A stretch of 64,000 bases of DNA, from NCBI GenBank assembly GCA_963667565.1, contig OY763415.1, positions 416,001-480,000 on the forward strand, given 5' to 3'. The notes beneath the pieces were generated by a model, which did no database searches, was not told where the DNA came from, and saw only the letters and a program-made list of their open reading frames with translations. The position numbers and the translations under genes are program-made. This stretch comes from Acholeplasmataceae bacterium. GTDB taxonomy: Bacteria; Bacillota_I; Bacilli_A; Acholeplasmatales; Acholeplasmataceae. Shown here one piece after another: positions 8,755 through 20,052 of this stretch (its first letter is position 1; every line of letters begins with the position of its first letter).

Positions 8755-11700
8755 GTGAAAAAGAAACAAAAATTTAACCATAAAACAACTTTAACAAAAA
8801 CAAAAAAAGTCTTAATCTCTGTTTTTAGCGTACTCATTATTTTACTCATCACTTTATCATTTTTTAAGAAGTCATCAATTAATGATTATTATGATACAGT
8901 TTCATTATCAAATGATTATACAAACACATATGTTTCTTCATCTTATAATGCTGCAATTTATTCAGAAGTCAAACAAAATTATGAAGATTTAGGTTTGAAT
9001 GTTATTGAAGCATCTTCTGAAGTTTATACAAGTGATATGAATGGACAAACCGTTTCTGTTAATGATACAGATTATGGTGACTTAGTTGATCAATATCGCA
9101 CGTTAAAAGGTATGGATTTAGATGCAATGTATTTATCAGAAAATGATTCAATCACATTTACACATCAAGAGTCTCAAAGCGGACTTTACGCTTTTGCTAT
9201 TGATTATTATGAAATCGAATCTGATATAGAGCAAGCACAAATAAGTATATTAATTAATGGTGAATCACCATTTTATGAGAGTCAAACACTCGTTTTACCA
9301 TCAACCTGGGCATTTTCAACAACTGAATTTTCAGATGACCGTTATGGCAATGAAATTCAACCCAATTCTAATAAAATTCAAGATTGGTATCATCATGAAT
9401 TAAATGATTATCGTGGTATGCATCCAGGTTTATTTTATTTTTATTTAGAACAAGGTGACGAAATCACCATTAACTATGTAAACCAAAACTTGCTTGTAGG
9501 TGACATTTATTATGTCACGATGCAAGAAACACCAACATATGATCAATATTTGGCAACTTATCAAAATATGAATGTTGCACAAAGTGATATCACAGTTTCA
9601 GCTAGAGATATGTATACAAGAAACGAAACATCCATAAGATTACGTTCTGAACAAGATCCATCAAACCTATATTATGATACAAAAACATTAAAATTAAATG
9701 TGATTGATGAAGGTTCTTGGAAGAATAGTGGTCAAGCAATTACGTATGAAATCAATGTTGAAGAAAGTGGATTATATAATTTAACGATTAAATATATGCA
9801 ATCGACTTTATCTGATATGCCAACCTTTAGACAAATAGCAATTGATAACGAAATTCCATTTGAGGAACTTTCGTGTTTTGCATTCCCATATACAACAAAT
9901 TATGTTAATCGAACATTATCTGATAGTGAGGGGACACCTTATCAAATTTATTTAAGCGCTGGTACACACAAAGTGACTTTAACTGCAGTCAATTATCCAT
10001 ATCGTGAACTTATTGAAACTATTCAATATGTGATGGGACAAATTCAAAGTCTAGCACTTGATGTTAAACGATACACAAGTGGTGGTACTGATAAATATAG
10101 AGACTGGGAAATTGATACTTATTTTCCAGATGCTGCAAGTGATATCGCGAGCTGGGCTGATTTATTAGATGAGAAATATCAAAAATTACTCACATTAAGT
10201 GAACAATCAGAACCATCAGCGATTGCGCCTATTGTTGTTGTAACCAAACGTCTTAGAAGTATTAGTGCAGATATTAATACTTTACCAAGTAAAATGGTAC
10301 AATTTTCTGATGGAGATTCATCAGCAAATCAAATGTTAGGATCACTCATGCAAGATTTAATGTTATCTGGATTAGAAATGGAAAGAATGATATTTCATAC
10401 AAATACAGATATCCAAAAACCATATGCAAATCCATTTGTTAGATTTATAGAAAGTATTAAACGACTTGCATGGTCATTTATTGATAATCCATATGCAGTA
10501 AAAGATCGTGGTGAAGATGAAATCATCGTTTGGGTCAACCATCCACGTCAATATATTGAAATTATGCAACAACTTATTGATCAAAATTATCAAGGAGAGC
10601 AAAAAATAACCTTATCGCAAATGCCAGATCAAAATAAACTGGTTTTAGCTAACGCGAGTGGTAATGCACCTGATATCGCTATTGGTGTTGATAACTGGAT
10701 TCCTTATGATTTTGCAGTAAGAGATGCATCATTAGACCTTAGACAATTTGCAGGATATGAAGAACTCGTTTCTCATTTTTCACCTGGTGGTATGATTCCA
10801 TATGTCTTTGAAGAAGGTGTTTATGGTATTCCAGAAACACAAAACTTTTGGGTCACATATTATCGTAAAGATATTTTAAGTAGTATTGGTATCACAGATA
10901 TTCCACAAACATGGGATGAAATCATTGAAATACTTCCAGTACTTCAAAGTTATGGTATGAATTATTTTGTACCACTCGCTCAATTTAGTGGCTTAAAGCC
11001 ATTTGTTGCAACGATGCCGTTTATCTATCAATTTGGTGGAACATTATACACAGATGATGGTATGTCAACAGCCATTAACTCAGAAGAAACTTTACAAGGT
11101 ATCCAATTAATGTCTGATTTATTTACACTTTACAATTTACCAAAATATGTTGGTAGTTTTTACAACCAATTTAGATATGGTATTTTACCAATTGGTATTT
11201 CAGATTTATCAACATATATTTTATTATCAACAGCAGCAGTAGAACTTGATGGTCTTTGGGGTATGGATTTACATCCAGGTGTCTTAGATGAAACTACAGG
11301 TGATATCACGAGATATGCAGCTGTTGGTGCACAAGCATCAATGATTATGAGTTCAACAGAGTATCCACAAGAATCATGGGATTTCCTATCTTGGTGGATG
11401 TCAACTTCTGTACAAACTGAGTTTGAATATTTATTACAATCAACGTATGGCGAATCATATTTCTGGAATTCCGCAAATATCGATGCATTTAAGGAATCAT
11501 CTATGCCTGATCAATTCAAAGATGTTATTTTAGAACAATGGAATTATGCTATTGAAGCATCTAGAATTCCAGGTGCTTATATGGTTGAAAGAGAAATCTC
11601 TAATGCATGGACATCGATTGTATTTGATGGTACAAATGCTAGACAAGCGCTTGATGAAGCCGTGAGAGTATCAAATCGAGAAATATTATACAAGATGGAA

Positions 11701-11799
11701 GAATTCGATTACGTCATCAATGGCGTCATTGTAAAAAGCTATCGGGTACCGACGATAGACAACATATCTTATTGGTTAACAGAGGTGCGTCATGATTAA
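8755..11799 (+). CDS. Large membrane-anchored extracellular solute-binding protein with N-terminal beta-sandwich domains
   Basis: N-terminal TM segment; C-terminal SBP family 1 motifs ([40 protein letters not shown]). Confidence 0.85.
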   Translation: MKKKQKFNHKTTLTKTKKVLISVFSVLIILLITLSFFKKSSINDYYDTVSLSNDYTNTYVSSSYNAAIYSEVKQNYEDLGLNVIEASSEVYTSDMNGQTVSVNDTDYGDLVDQYRTLKGMDLDAMYLSENDSITFTHQESQSGLYAFAIDYYEIESDIEQAQISILINGESPFYESQTLVLPSTWAFSTTEFSDDRYGNEIQPNSNKIQDWYHHELNDYRGMHPGLFYFYLEQGDEITINYVNQNLLVGDIYYVTMQETPTYDQYLATYQNMNVAQSDITVSARDMYTRNETSIRLRSEQDPSNLYYDTKTLKLNVIDEGSWKNSGQAITYEINVEESGLYNLTIKYMQSTLSDMPTFRQIAIDNEIPFEELSCFAFPYTTNYVNRTLSDSEGTPYQIYLSAGTHKVTLTAVNYPYRELIETIQYVMGQIQSLALDVKRYTSGGTDKYRDWEIDTYFPDAASDIASWADLLDEKYQKLLTLSEQSEPSAIAPIVVVTKRLRSISADINTLPSKMVQFSDGDSSANQMLGSLMQDLMLSGLEMERMIFHTNTDIQKPYANPFVRFIESIKRLAWSFIDNPYAVKDRGEDEIIVWVNHPRQYIEIMQQLIDQNYQGEQKITLSQMPDQNKLVLANASGNAPDIAIGVDNWIPYDFAVRDASLDLRQFAGYEELVSHFSPGGMIPYVFEEGVYGIPETQNFWVTYYRKDILSSIGITDIPQTWDEIIEILPVLQSYGMNYFVPLAQFSGLKPFVATMPFIYQFGGTLYTDDGMSTAINSEETLQGIQLMSDLFTLYNLPKYVGSFYNQFRYGILPIGISDLSTYILLSTAAVELDGLWGMDLHPGVLDETTGDITRYAAVGAQASMIMSSTEYPQESWDFLSWWMSTSVQTEFEYLLQSTYGESYFWNSANIDAFKESSMPDQFKDVILEQWNYAIEASRIPGAYMVEREISNAWTSIVFDGTNARQALDEAVRVSNREILYKMEEFDYVINGVIVKSYRVPTIDNISYWLTEVRHD

Positions 11800-12676
11800 A
11801 AAAATGAATCATCCTCTATGGTTTTTAGTACCTTATTGGAGCTTGTTTTTCCTATTTGTCGTAATTCCAGTACTAGGTGCGGTCTTCTTATCATTTACTT
11901 ATTTTAATGCCATTCAAGCGCCTGAGTTCATTGGCATTAGAAACTATATAGAATTAATCACAATGGATACAGTATTCATGCAATATGTATTATCAAATAC
12001 ATTGAAGTTTGCCATTATTGTAGGTCCTATTGGTTATTTCTTATCATTTATACTTGCTTGGATGCTTGCGCAAATTCCCAAACTTCCAAGAACAATTTTA
12101 GCCATTATTTTATACTCACCATCACTGACGATGGGGGTTGCAATGGCATCAATGTGGCGTATTATCTTCTCAGATGACGCTAGAGGTTACCTTAACTCTA
12201 TACTTTTAGAGTTAGGTGTTATCTTAGAACCTATTCAATTTTTACAATCACCTCAATATTTAATGACCATCATGATTATCGTTTCTCTGTGGAGTTCGAT
12301 GGGTGTCGGCTTTTTGGCCATGCTTGCAGGTGTCTTAAATATTGATCAAACGTTATATGAAGCAGCTTATGTTGATGGTATTAGAAACAGAAGTCAAGAA
12401 ATATTCTTTATTACAATTCCATCAATGAAACCACAAATGTTATTTGGTGCAGTTATGGCAGTTGTTGGTACCTTTCAAGCAGGTGCGATTGGTGTTACCT
12501 TATCAGGTAGTAACCCGACCCCCTCTTATGCAGGTCAATTAATTGTTAATCACATCGAAGACTTTGGATTTATTAGATATATGATGGGTTATGCAGCAAC
12601 CATATCAGTTGTTCTTTTACTCATGGTATATTTTATCTCCAAGGTGACATTTAAAATTCTAGGAGAGAAGGACTAA
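11792..12676 (+). CDS. Carbohydrate ABC permease (MalF-like)
   Basis: EAA loop LYEAAYVDG; multiple TM segments. Confidence 0.93.
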   Translation: MIKKMNHPLWFLVPYWSLFFLFVVIPVLGAVFLSFTYFNAIQAPEFIGIRNYIELITMDTVFMQYVLSNTLKFAIIVGPIGYFLSFILAWMLAQIPKLPRTILAIILYSPSLTMGVAMASMWRIIFSDDARGYLNSILLELGVILEPIQFLQSPQYLMTIMIIVSLWSSMGVGFLAMLAGVLNIDQTLYEAAYVDGIRNRSQEIFFITIPSMKPQMLFGAVMAVVGTFQAGAIGVTLSGSNPTPSYAGQLIVNHIEDFGFIRYMMGYAATISVVLLLMVYFISKVTFKILGEKD

Positions 12677-12678
12677 AA

Positions 12679-13557
12679 ATGGCGAATTCATTTCAAGGGA
12701 CAAAAATAAACCCAACCAGATTTAACAAGAGCCAATTACCATTTTTCTTTATTCTCGTACCTTTTTCAATGCTCATGTTATTTCCTATTTTATTTATCAT
12801 TAATCATGCGTTTAAACCGAGAACGGAATTATTTGCATACCCTCCTAAATTTTTCGTTCGAAAACCAACTTTTGATAATTTTTCACAATTATTTAGAGTT
12901 GCATCTTCATCAGGTATTCCGTTCTCAAGGTTTTTAGTGAACTCTTTGATCGTAACCATTGTTGGTGTAGGGCTTGCAATCTTATTTACAGCACTTGCTG
13001 CCTATGGTTTGTCAAAACTAAAATTTAAAGGTAAAAAACTATTATTTGAAATTAACACATTAGCTTTAATGTTTGTTCCTGTTGCTGTTCAAATCCCAAG
13101 ATATTTAGTCATTGCTAAACTTGGATTAATTGATAGTTATTGGGCACACATCCTTCCAGTGATTGTCATGCCGGTTGCGATGTTTTTAATTAAACAATTT
13201 ATTGATCAAACACCTAATGAACTGATAGAATCTGCCAAAATTGATGGTGCATCGGAGATGGAAATATTCTTTAAAATCATTTTACCGATTATTACACCAG
13301 CGATTGCAACTGTCGGTATTTTAGCATTCCAAATGATTTGGAATGATGTGTCTAGTTCAACATTATATATTGATTCAGAATCTAAGAGAACATTGGCATT
13401 TTATATGCAAAGTTTAGTATCCACAAGAGGTAATACTGTTGCAGGTCAAGGGATGGCTGCAGCTGCATCACTTGTGATGTTTTTACCAAACTTAATTCTC
13501 TTTATATTCTTACAAAGTAAAGTCATGAATACCATGGCTCATTCAGGTATCAAATAA
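12679..13557 (+). CDS. Carbohydrate ABC permease (MalG-like)
   Basis: ELIESAKIDGAS; multiple TM segments. Confidence 0.93.
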   Translation: MANSFQGTKINPTRFNKSQLPFFFILVPFSMLMLFPILFIINHAFKPRTELFAYPPKFFVRKPTFDNFSQLFRVASSSGIPFSRFLVNSLIVTIVGVGLAILFTALAAYGLSKLKFKGKKLLFEINTLALMFVPVAVQIPRYLVIAKLGLIDSYWAHILPVIVMPVAMFLIKQFIDQTPNELIESAKIDGASEMEIFFKIILPIITPAIATVGILAFQMIWNDVSSSTLYIDSESKRTLAFYMQSLVSTRGNTVAGQGMAAAASLVMFLPNLILFIFLQSKVMNTMAHSGIK

Positions 13558-15596
13558 TGAAAAAATTACTTATTCTTTTACTCATCCCTATCTTATTATT
13601 TACGATGCCAAAACTAGAAGTACAAGCAACCAATGGACTACCTTATGCAACTTATACATATAGTAGTGCAGTGCATCGTTTAGTATGGACTCAAGATGCT
13701 TATCTTCCATTATCAGAACGAGATAATTTAGATGGATTAACACTTGATGAACCTAAAGATTTAACCATTGATCAAAATGATAATGTCTATGTCGCTGATT
13801 ATGGACATTCAAGAGTCATTAAATATTCACTTCAAGATAATCAAAGTGAAATTATTGGTGAAGGCATTCTTGATCAACCTATGGGTGTTCATGTTGCCGC
13901 TGATGGTAGTGTTTACGTGGCTGATTATGGTTTAAAACAAGGTTTAAAATTTGTTTATAATTCATCAACATTACAATATGAAGTCACAACCATTTATGAA
14001 AAACCAACAAATTCACCTTACTTTAGTGAATCAGATCCATTTGACCCCACAAAGATAGTGACTGACCGTGGTGGTAATGTCTACATGCTATTAGCAGGTA
14101 ATGTTAATGGTCTTGCAGAATTTGAAAATAATGGAAACTTCTTTGGTTTCTTTGGTGGTAACACAATTCCATCTACACTTGATAATGTATTAAAATATAT
14201 GTTATTTGATGAAACACAAAGAAGAGAATGGTTCCAAATGATTCCAGATCCAGTCTATAATATTGCTATTGATAAAGATGGTCTGATTTTAACAACAACA
14301 CAAGGACAACCTGGATATTTGAAATTAAACATTGCAAACATTGTTTATAATCAATCCATTTGGGGTCTTGAAAATACCGAAGATTTATATGTTGGTCCTT
14401 ATGAAACAATCTTTACTATTACACAAGATGGATATATTACTGAATATGGTCCAGATGGTTCAACACTCTTTGTCTTTGGTGGTACAGATACCTATGGACA
14501 AAAAGGGCTTTTTGAATCACCTTCAGCCATCGCTGTAGATTCAAAGAGTAATATTTATGCACTTGATTCAAAAACATCATCACTTCAAGTATTTATGCCA
14601 ACTGAATTTGCAGATTTAGTTCATTATGCGATCGATTTATACCAAGACGGGCAATATGCTGAATCACTTGAACCATGGCAACAAGTCTTAGAAATGAATG
14701 CATTATTTGATTTAGCAAATCAAGGTATCGGTGATGCTTATTTTGCTGAAATGAATTATAAAGATGCAATGACTTTCTATGAAGTTGCAAGAGACCAAGA
14801 TGGATTCTCTAATGCTTTTTGGGAAGTAAGAAATGCATTCTTACTTGGAAGCGGTAATATCATTGTTGCTGTTTTACTTGGATTAGTTGCACTTTATTTA
14901 ATCAATGCATTTACGCATTTTATGACTTATGTCACAAAACCATTTAAGAAACTTAAGAAAAAATTACAAACTTATAAACTCTATAATGAGCTTGTATTCC
15001 CATTTTATATCTTTAGACATCCAGCAGATGGATATTATGGAATTAAACGTGAGAAGAAAGGTTCGTATTTATCAGCATTTATTTATATTTCATTATTTTT
15101 CTTAGCTTATATTTATTGGATTTATGAAACAAGTTTCTTATTTAATGATCGCATCGCGTCAGAGATTAACTTGTTCCAACAAATCGTTGTTATTTTTGTC
15201 CCATTTGTTTTATGGGTCGTTGCAAACTATTTGGTATGTAGTATTAGAGATGGTGAAGGTAAATTTAGAGATGTATTCCAAGCATCTGCATATACCTTAC
15301 TTCCAATGATCATTACATTCCCATTGGTTGCAATTATATCAAAAGGGCTTACCTATAACGAAGCATTTATTTATCATACAGTTCTTGATATTGGTATCGC
15401 AATTACAGTGATTTATTTCATCGTCATGGTCAAAGAAATTCATTTCTATGATATGAAACCAACACTTGGAAATATCTTTATTTCAATTTTCACTGGACTT
15501 ATGATTATGGCAGTGATTGTGATTGTATACTTATTATTAGGTGAAGTTTATGGATTATTTAGCGATATTGTAAGGGAGTTGACGAACCGTGGTTAA
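13557..15596 (+). CDS. NHL-repeat / TPR / Yip1-like membrane protein
   Basis: Signal peptide; NHL repeats (LDEPKDLTIDQNDNVYVAD, FESPSAIAVDSKSNIYALD); helical region; C-terminal multi-TM domain. Confidence 0.8.
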   Translation: MKKLLILLLIPILLFTMPKLEVQATNGLPYATYTYSSAVHRLVWTQDAYLPLSERDNLDGLTLDEPKDLTIDQNDNVYVADYGHSRVIKYSLQDNQSEIIGEGILDQPMGVHVAADGSVYVADYGLKQGLKFVYNSSTLQYEVTTIYEKPTNSPYFSESDPFDPTKIVTDRGGNVYMLLAGNVNGLAEFENNGNFFGFFGGNTIPSTLDNVLKYMLFDETQRREWFQMIPDPVYNIAIDKDGLILTTTQGQPGYLKLNIANIVYNQSIWGLENTEDLYVGPYETIFTITQDGYITEYGPDGSTLFVFGGTDTYGQKGLFESPSAIAVDSKSNIYALDSKTSSLQVFMPTEFADLVHYAIDLYQDGQYAESLEPWQQVLEMNALFDLANQGIGDAYFAEMNYKDAMTFYEVARDQDGFSNAFWEVRNAFLLGSGNIIVAVLLGLVALYLINAFTHFMTYVTKPFKKLKKKLQTYKLYNELVFPFYIFRHPADGYYGIKREKKGSYLSAFIYISLFFLAYIYWIYETSFLFNDRIASEINLFQQIVVIFVPFVLWVVANYLVCSIRDGEGKFRDVFQASAYTLLPMIITFPLVAIISKGLTYNEAFIYHTVLDIGIAITVIYFIVMVKEIHFYDMKPTLGNIFISIFTGLMIMAVIVIVYLLLGEVYGLFSDIVRELTNRG

Positions 15597-17979
15597 ACAT
15601 TTTATGAAATATGCGGTGATTTTAGTCATCGTCTCAATGCTTTCAATGCTGATTGTTCATGCAAATCAAATTGATCAATCATATAGTCAAAGTTCACAAA
15701 TTGATAATTATTCATATATTAATGATCTCTTATTTGAAAGTTCAAGATATACACAATTAGATGAAAATGATCAAGCGGTATTAGATACATACCATGATGA
15801 TTTTCAAGTTGATTACTCATTAGCTGATTTGGCTTTACTTGGCTATGAGCAAATTTTTGATACAGATCAGTTACTAGTCTATTTTGAGAAAGACTCATTT
15901 TCACTTGTCATCATAAATAAGACGACTGGTTATACTTGGTCATCACGTCCTGAATTCCAAGGTATATCTGGTACAAGAGAAGACAATACTGCAACGAGAA
16001 ACTTAATGAATTCTGGGTTGTGGATTGAATATGTAAGAGCTGCAAATGTGTCATCAGCAACGATTAATAATGCATCGCTTTATACGATTGCTGATGTCTC
16101 TTATCAAAATGATGGATCAATTACAGCTGAAAACAATGATACATTAAGACCTTATTATTTAGAAGATGGTTCTTATGACTATCAAGCTGTTGAAACAACA
16201 ATTAAATCTCAAACACAAGATTCATTAACATTAGGTGTTAATTACAAGATATTAAAGATTACTTTTGATGTCGTTATTGAAATGGTTGATAATGAGTTAA
16301 CATTTGATATTCCTAATGATTCTATAAAAGAATCAGGTGATGTCTATCGTTTAATGTCAATTCAGTTGTTACCATATTTAGGTGCAGCAAGAGAAGATAA
16401 GATTCCTGGGTATATGGTGATTCCTGATGGTGTTGGTGCACTCGTTCGTCTTAATCAAGCTTATGATACATATTTTCAAGCAAGATATTTTGGTTCTGAC
16501 GAAGGTTATCAAGCTGAAACAGTTGCAGATTTAACACTTCCAATTTATGGTATGGTCCATGAAGCGGATGCCAATGGCTACTATGCAACGATTTTAGAAG
16601 GTTCTGAGGATTCAACTTTATTTGCTCGTTTTTGGGGAAGTAATTCTAGATACCAACGCATTGGAAATAAATTTAATGTCAGACAAATCTATCAATATGT
16701 CATCAATAAAGCTGGAGACGGTAATGATGCCATTTATGAAGATATGGTCACATCAGATTATAAGATTGCTTTTAATTTCTTATCTAATGAACAAGCAAAT
16801 TACACAGGTATTGCATCAAGTTATCGTGATGCACTCATCGATGAAGGTGTTTTATCAGCTAGAGAATCTACTACAAATGATCAAATTCCTATTCATTTAA
16901 GTTATATTATGAGTGATCAAGAACCAACATTTATTGGTTCAAAAACAGTCACGATGTCAACACCAGACCAAGTCAGAGAAATGTATCAAACATTCTATGA
17001 TGCAGGACTTACCAATCAACAAACAACAATTATGGGTTGGTCTAAAGATGGATTTATTTATGAAAATCCTTATCGTACACGCATTAAATCAAAAAGTGAC
17101 TATGAAGATTTAATTGCATACATGCTTTCAAATCAAAACCAAGTTTATTTTGAAGATGATTATGTAACAAGTTCAGAAAAAGCTTCAAGAATCACCTACA
17201 ACGGTGATGTTGCTAAAAATTTATCTCGATTAAAAATGGTCTTTAATGATAGAAGTTTAAATGGACAAGTGACAGAAGTATATTTCTTATATCCTTCTAG
17301 TAGTTATCATTTTGCATCACAAGATCAAAGTTTCTTTAATGATTTAGGTGTATCTGGACTAACATTTAATAATATGGGTAGTATTTTATTTAGCTATTAT
17401 GATGGCCAAAAATATGATAGAGATGCATCCATTGCATTCTATCAACAAATTGCTGCTTTATATGATCAAAACTTAATTTCTGTCCCTAACATCTATTTAT
17501 ATGCATATATGACTGGTTATTTAAATATGCCAATTACGAATGCGCAATATAGTTACTATACAGACTTAGTACCTTTAATTCCAATCGTGTTAAAAGGTAG
17601 TGTGTCATATTACACAGAATATTTAAACTTTAACGCACTTCAAGATGATCGTCTTTTAATGATGGTTGATTTTGCAGTTAATCCAAATTATGTATTAACA
17701 TATGAAGAAACATATAAGATGAGATATACAGGATCTTCATTTTATTACACGACAACATTTGCGAACTATGAAGACAATATCATTTCCACATATCAATATC
17801 TTAATGATGCGTTAAGTGAAGTTGTCAATGCTAAAATTGTTAGTCGTGAAGTGCTAGACACAGGCTTTGTCAAAGTGACCTATGATAATGGTGTCATGAT
17901 TTATATCAATTATACATATGAAACAATCAGTGATGGATCTGTTACTGTAGGACAAAGAAGTTATGAGGTGATCAAATAA
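15589..17979 (+). CDS. DUF5696-like extracellular protein
   Basis: Signal peptide; PYLGAA..GYMVIPDG.GAL, LPIYG, GWSKDG, VTYDNG..IYINY motifs seen in this operon type. Confidence 0.7.
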   Translation: MVKHFMKYAVILVIVSMLSMLIVHANQIDQSYSQSSQIDNYSYINDLLFESSRYTQLDENDQAVLDTYHDDFQVDYSLADLALLGYEQIFDTDQLLVYFEKDSFSLVIINKTTGYTWSSRPEFQGISGTREDNTATRNLMNSGLWIEYVRAANVSSATINNASLYTIADVSYQNDGSITAENNDTLRPYYLEDGSYDYQAVETTIKSQTQDSLTLGVNYKILKITFDVVIEMVDNELTFDIPNDSIKESGDVYRLMSIQLLPYLGAAREDKIPGYMVIPDGVGALVRLNQAYDTYFQARYFGSDEGYQAETVADLTLPIYGMVHEADANGYYATILEGSEDSTLFARFWGSNSRYQRIGNKFNVRQIYQYVINKAGDGNDAIYEDMVTSDYKIAFNFLSNEQANYTGIASSYRDALIDEGVLSARESTTNDQIPIHLSYIMSDQEPTFIGSKTVTMSTPDQVREMYQTFYDAGLTNQQTTIMGWSKDGFIYENPYRTRIKSKSDYEDLIAYMLSNQNQVYFEDDYVTSSEKASRITYNGDVAKNLSRLKMVFNDRSLNGQVTEVYFLYPSSSYHFASQDQSFFNDLGVSGLTFNNMGSILFSYYDGQKYDRDASIAFYQQIAALYDQNLISVPNIYLYAYMTGYLNMPITNAQYSYYTDLVPLIPIVLKGSVSYYTEYLNFNALQDDRLLMMVDFAVNPNYVLTYEETYKMRYTGSSFYYTTTFANYEDNIISTYQYLNDALSEVVNAKIVSREVLDTGFVKVTYDNGVMIYINYTYETISDGSVTVGQRSYEVIK

Positions 17980-19115
17980 TGAGAAAATTATTGAGCACAA
18001 TATCTCATTTCTTTGTGCGTATAAAAAATGGGTTTAATAAGATATTAAATCAATTGATCATACATCCAGTACAAAAATTTAATCAAAAAACATTAGCGCC
18101 ATTCACTAAAAAAATTCAAGCTTGGTATTATAAATCATATGTACCTTGGAGCAAAAAGGTCAATGAAAAATTATCACATAATTTTGTGATCAACTTCAAA
18201 GGACAAGATTTATATCTTTTTAAATGGATTAAAATTCATGTATCAAGAAAAAGAAGAGAAGCGTTCTTTGGATTCCTCTTCATTTTCATTTGGATTGTTG
18301 GTTTCTTGATTTTTACATTCTATCCGATGATTTATTCACTTTATTTAAGTTTTCATACAGCTTATTTTAGTTTACAAGATGGCGTCATTACGACACCTGC
18401 AGGTTTTGATAATTACTTAAATGTCATTAGAAGTCAAACATTATTACCACTTTTTGCTACATATTTAGGAAAAATGGTTATTTCAGTACCACTTATTGTT
18501 GTGTTTTCTATTTTGATAGCCGTATTGATTAATAATCCTATTAAGCTAAAAGGTGTATGGAGAACCATATTCTTTTTACCAGTAATTATTTCATCTGGTC
18601 CAGTGATTAGTGAACTTAGCAATCAAGATGCAACTTCACTACCATCACTATCACAAAGTTCATTACTCATCTATATTCAAGAAAATATGGGTGCTTGGAT
18701 AGCAGATCCTCTTGAAGTGATCTTGACTTCATTATTACTTATTTTATGGTATGCTGGTATTCCAATTCTCATCTTTTTAGCGGGTCTTCAAAAAATTGAT
18801 AAATCAGTTTATGAAGCAGCTGCTATAGATGGTGCTTCTGTATGGGATAGTTTTTGGAAGATCACATTGCCATCTATAAAACCACTGATTAGTGTTGCAG
18901 TGATTTATGTGGTTGTAAGTATGTCATTATTCGTAGAAGATGGAGGCATACTCGCACTTGCTGAAACACATATGTTAGTAGGTGCACCTGATTCAGCATT
19001 CTGGTTTGGTTATGGATATGCATCAGCAATCGCATGGATTTATTTCCTATTAATGGTGATCATCATGGGCATCTTTATACTCCTACTTGGTCAAAGAAGG
19101 GAGAAAAAAGCATGA
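17979..19115 (+). CDS. Carbohydrate ABC permease (MalF-like)
   Basis: LAGLQKIDKSVYEAAAIDGA; GYASAIAW. Confidence 0.93.
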   Translation: MRKLLSTISHFFVRIKNGFNKILNQLIIHPVQKFNQKTLAPFTKKIQAWYYKSYVPWSKKVNEKLSHNFVINFKGQDLYLFKWIKIHVSRKRREAFFGFLFIFIWIVGFLIFTFYPMIYSLYLSFHTAYFSLQDGVITTPAGFDNYLNVIRSQTLLPLFATYLGKMVISVPLIVVFSILIAVLINNPIKLKGVWRTIFFLPVIISSGPVISELSNQDATSLPSLSQSSLLIYIQENMGAWIADPLEVILTSLLLILWYAGIPILIFLAGLQKIDKSVYEAAAIDGASVWDSFWKITLPSIKPLISVAVIYVVVSMSLFVEDGGILALAETHMLVGAPDSAFWFGYGYASAIAWIYFLLMVIIMGIFILLLGQRREKKA

Positions 19116-20041
19116 AAATAGATAAACACACATTAAAATCTAAAGCAAAACATATCTTATTTGGTATGGGCTTTACAGATGGTTTAATTTATAAGATTGT
19201 GATATACACATTATTAATTAGTTTCTCCTATATTTATCTATATCCAGTATTATTTATGCTTGTCAATAGTTTCATGACAGTTGAAGATTTAATCAATCCT
19301 GGTGTAAAATGGATACCGACAACACTTGAATTTGCCAATTATACTCAAGCATTTCAAGTATTAGAAATGCCTAAAGCTATATTTAGTACAACTTTCTATG
19401 TGTTAAAAGTCAGTATTGCAGTCACAGCTTCGTCAGCGATTATTGGTTATGGATTTGCTAAATTTAATTTCCCTGGTAAAAACGTCTTATTTGCTTTAAT
19501 GTTAGCGACATTTATACTACCATCACAAGTCACCATGGTTGCAAATGTTATTATGTATAATAGACTCAATATTATGAGTACGCAATGGGCTATGATTTTA
19601 CCTGCAGTACTAGGACAAGGACTTAATGCAGCCATTTATATTTTGATTTTCTATCAATTCTTTAGAACGATTCCAACTGTTTTGATGGAGTCAGCAGAAG
19701 TTGATGGTGCATCACAAATGCGCATTTTTAGAAAGATTGCAATTCCCCTTGCACTTCCATCTTTCCTAATTGTCTTCTTATTTAGTTTTGTATGGTATTG
19801 GAATGAAACATTCATCACATCATTATATGCTGGTGAAAACATCACTTTACCGTTAAAACTTGCAGCATTTAGATCTAGTTATGAAACCTTATTCCCAGCG
19901 GGAAGTGCAGGTTCTCAACTCAATGAAGCCATTATGATGGCTGGTAATATGCTTACAATATTACCGTTATTGGTTTTATATTTTGTAGCTCAACGTTATT
20001 TTGTTGAGAGTATAGATCGTACCGGTATTACGGGCGAATAG
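19112..20041 (+). CDS. Carbohydrate ABC permease (MalG-like)
   Basis: ATGA overlap with upstream stop; LMESAEVDGAS; FVESIDRTGITG. Confidence 0.93.
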   Translation: MKIDKHTLKSKAKHILFGMGFTDGLIYKIVIYTLLISFSYIYLYPVLFMLVNSFMTVEDLINPGVKWIPTTLEFANYTQAFQVLEMPKAIFSTTFYVLKVSIAVTASSAIIGYGFAKFNFPGKNVLFALMLATFILPSQVTMVANVIMYNRLNIMSTQWAMILPAVLGQGLNAAIYILIFYQFFRTIPTVLMESAEVDGASQMRIFRKIAIPLALPSFLIVFLFSFVWYWNETFITSLYAGENITLPLKLAAFRSSYETLFPAGSAGSQLNEAIMMAGNMLTILPLLVLYFVAQRYFVESIDRTGITGE

Positions 20042-20052
20042 AAGGAGGATAT

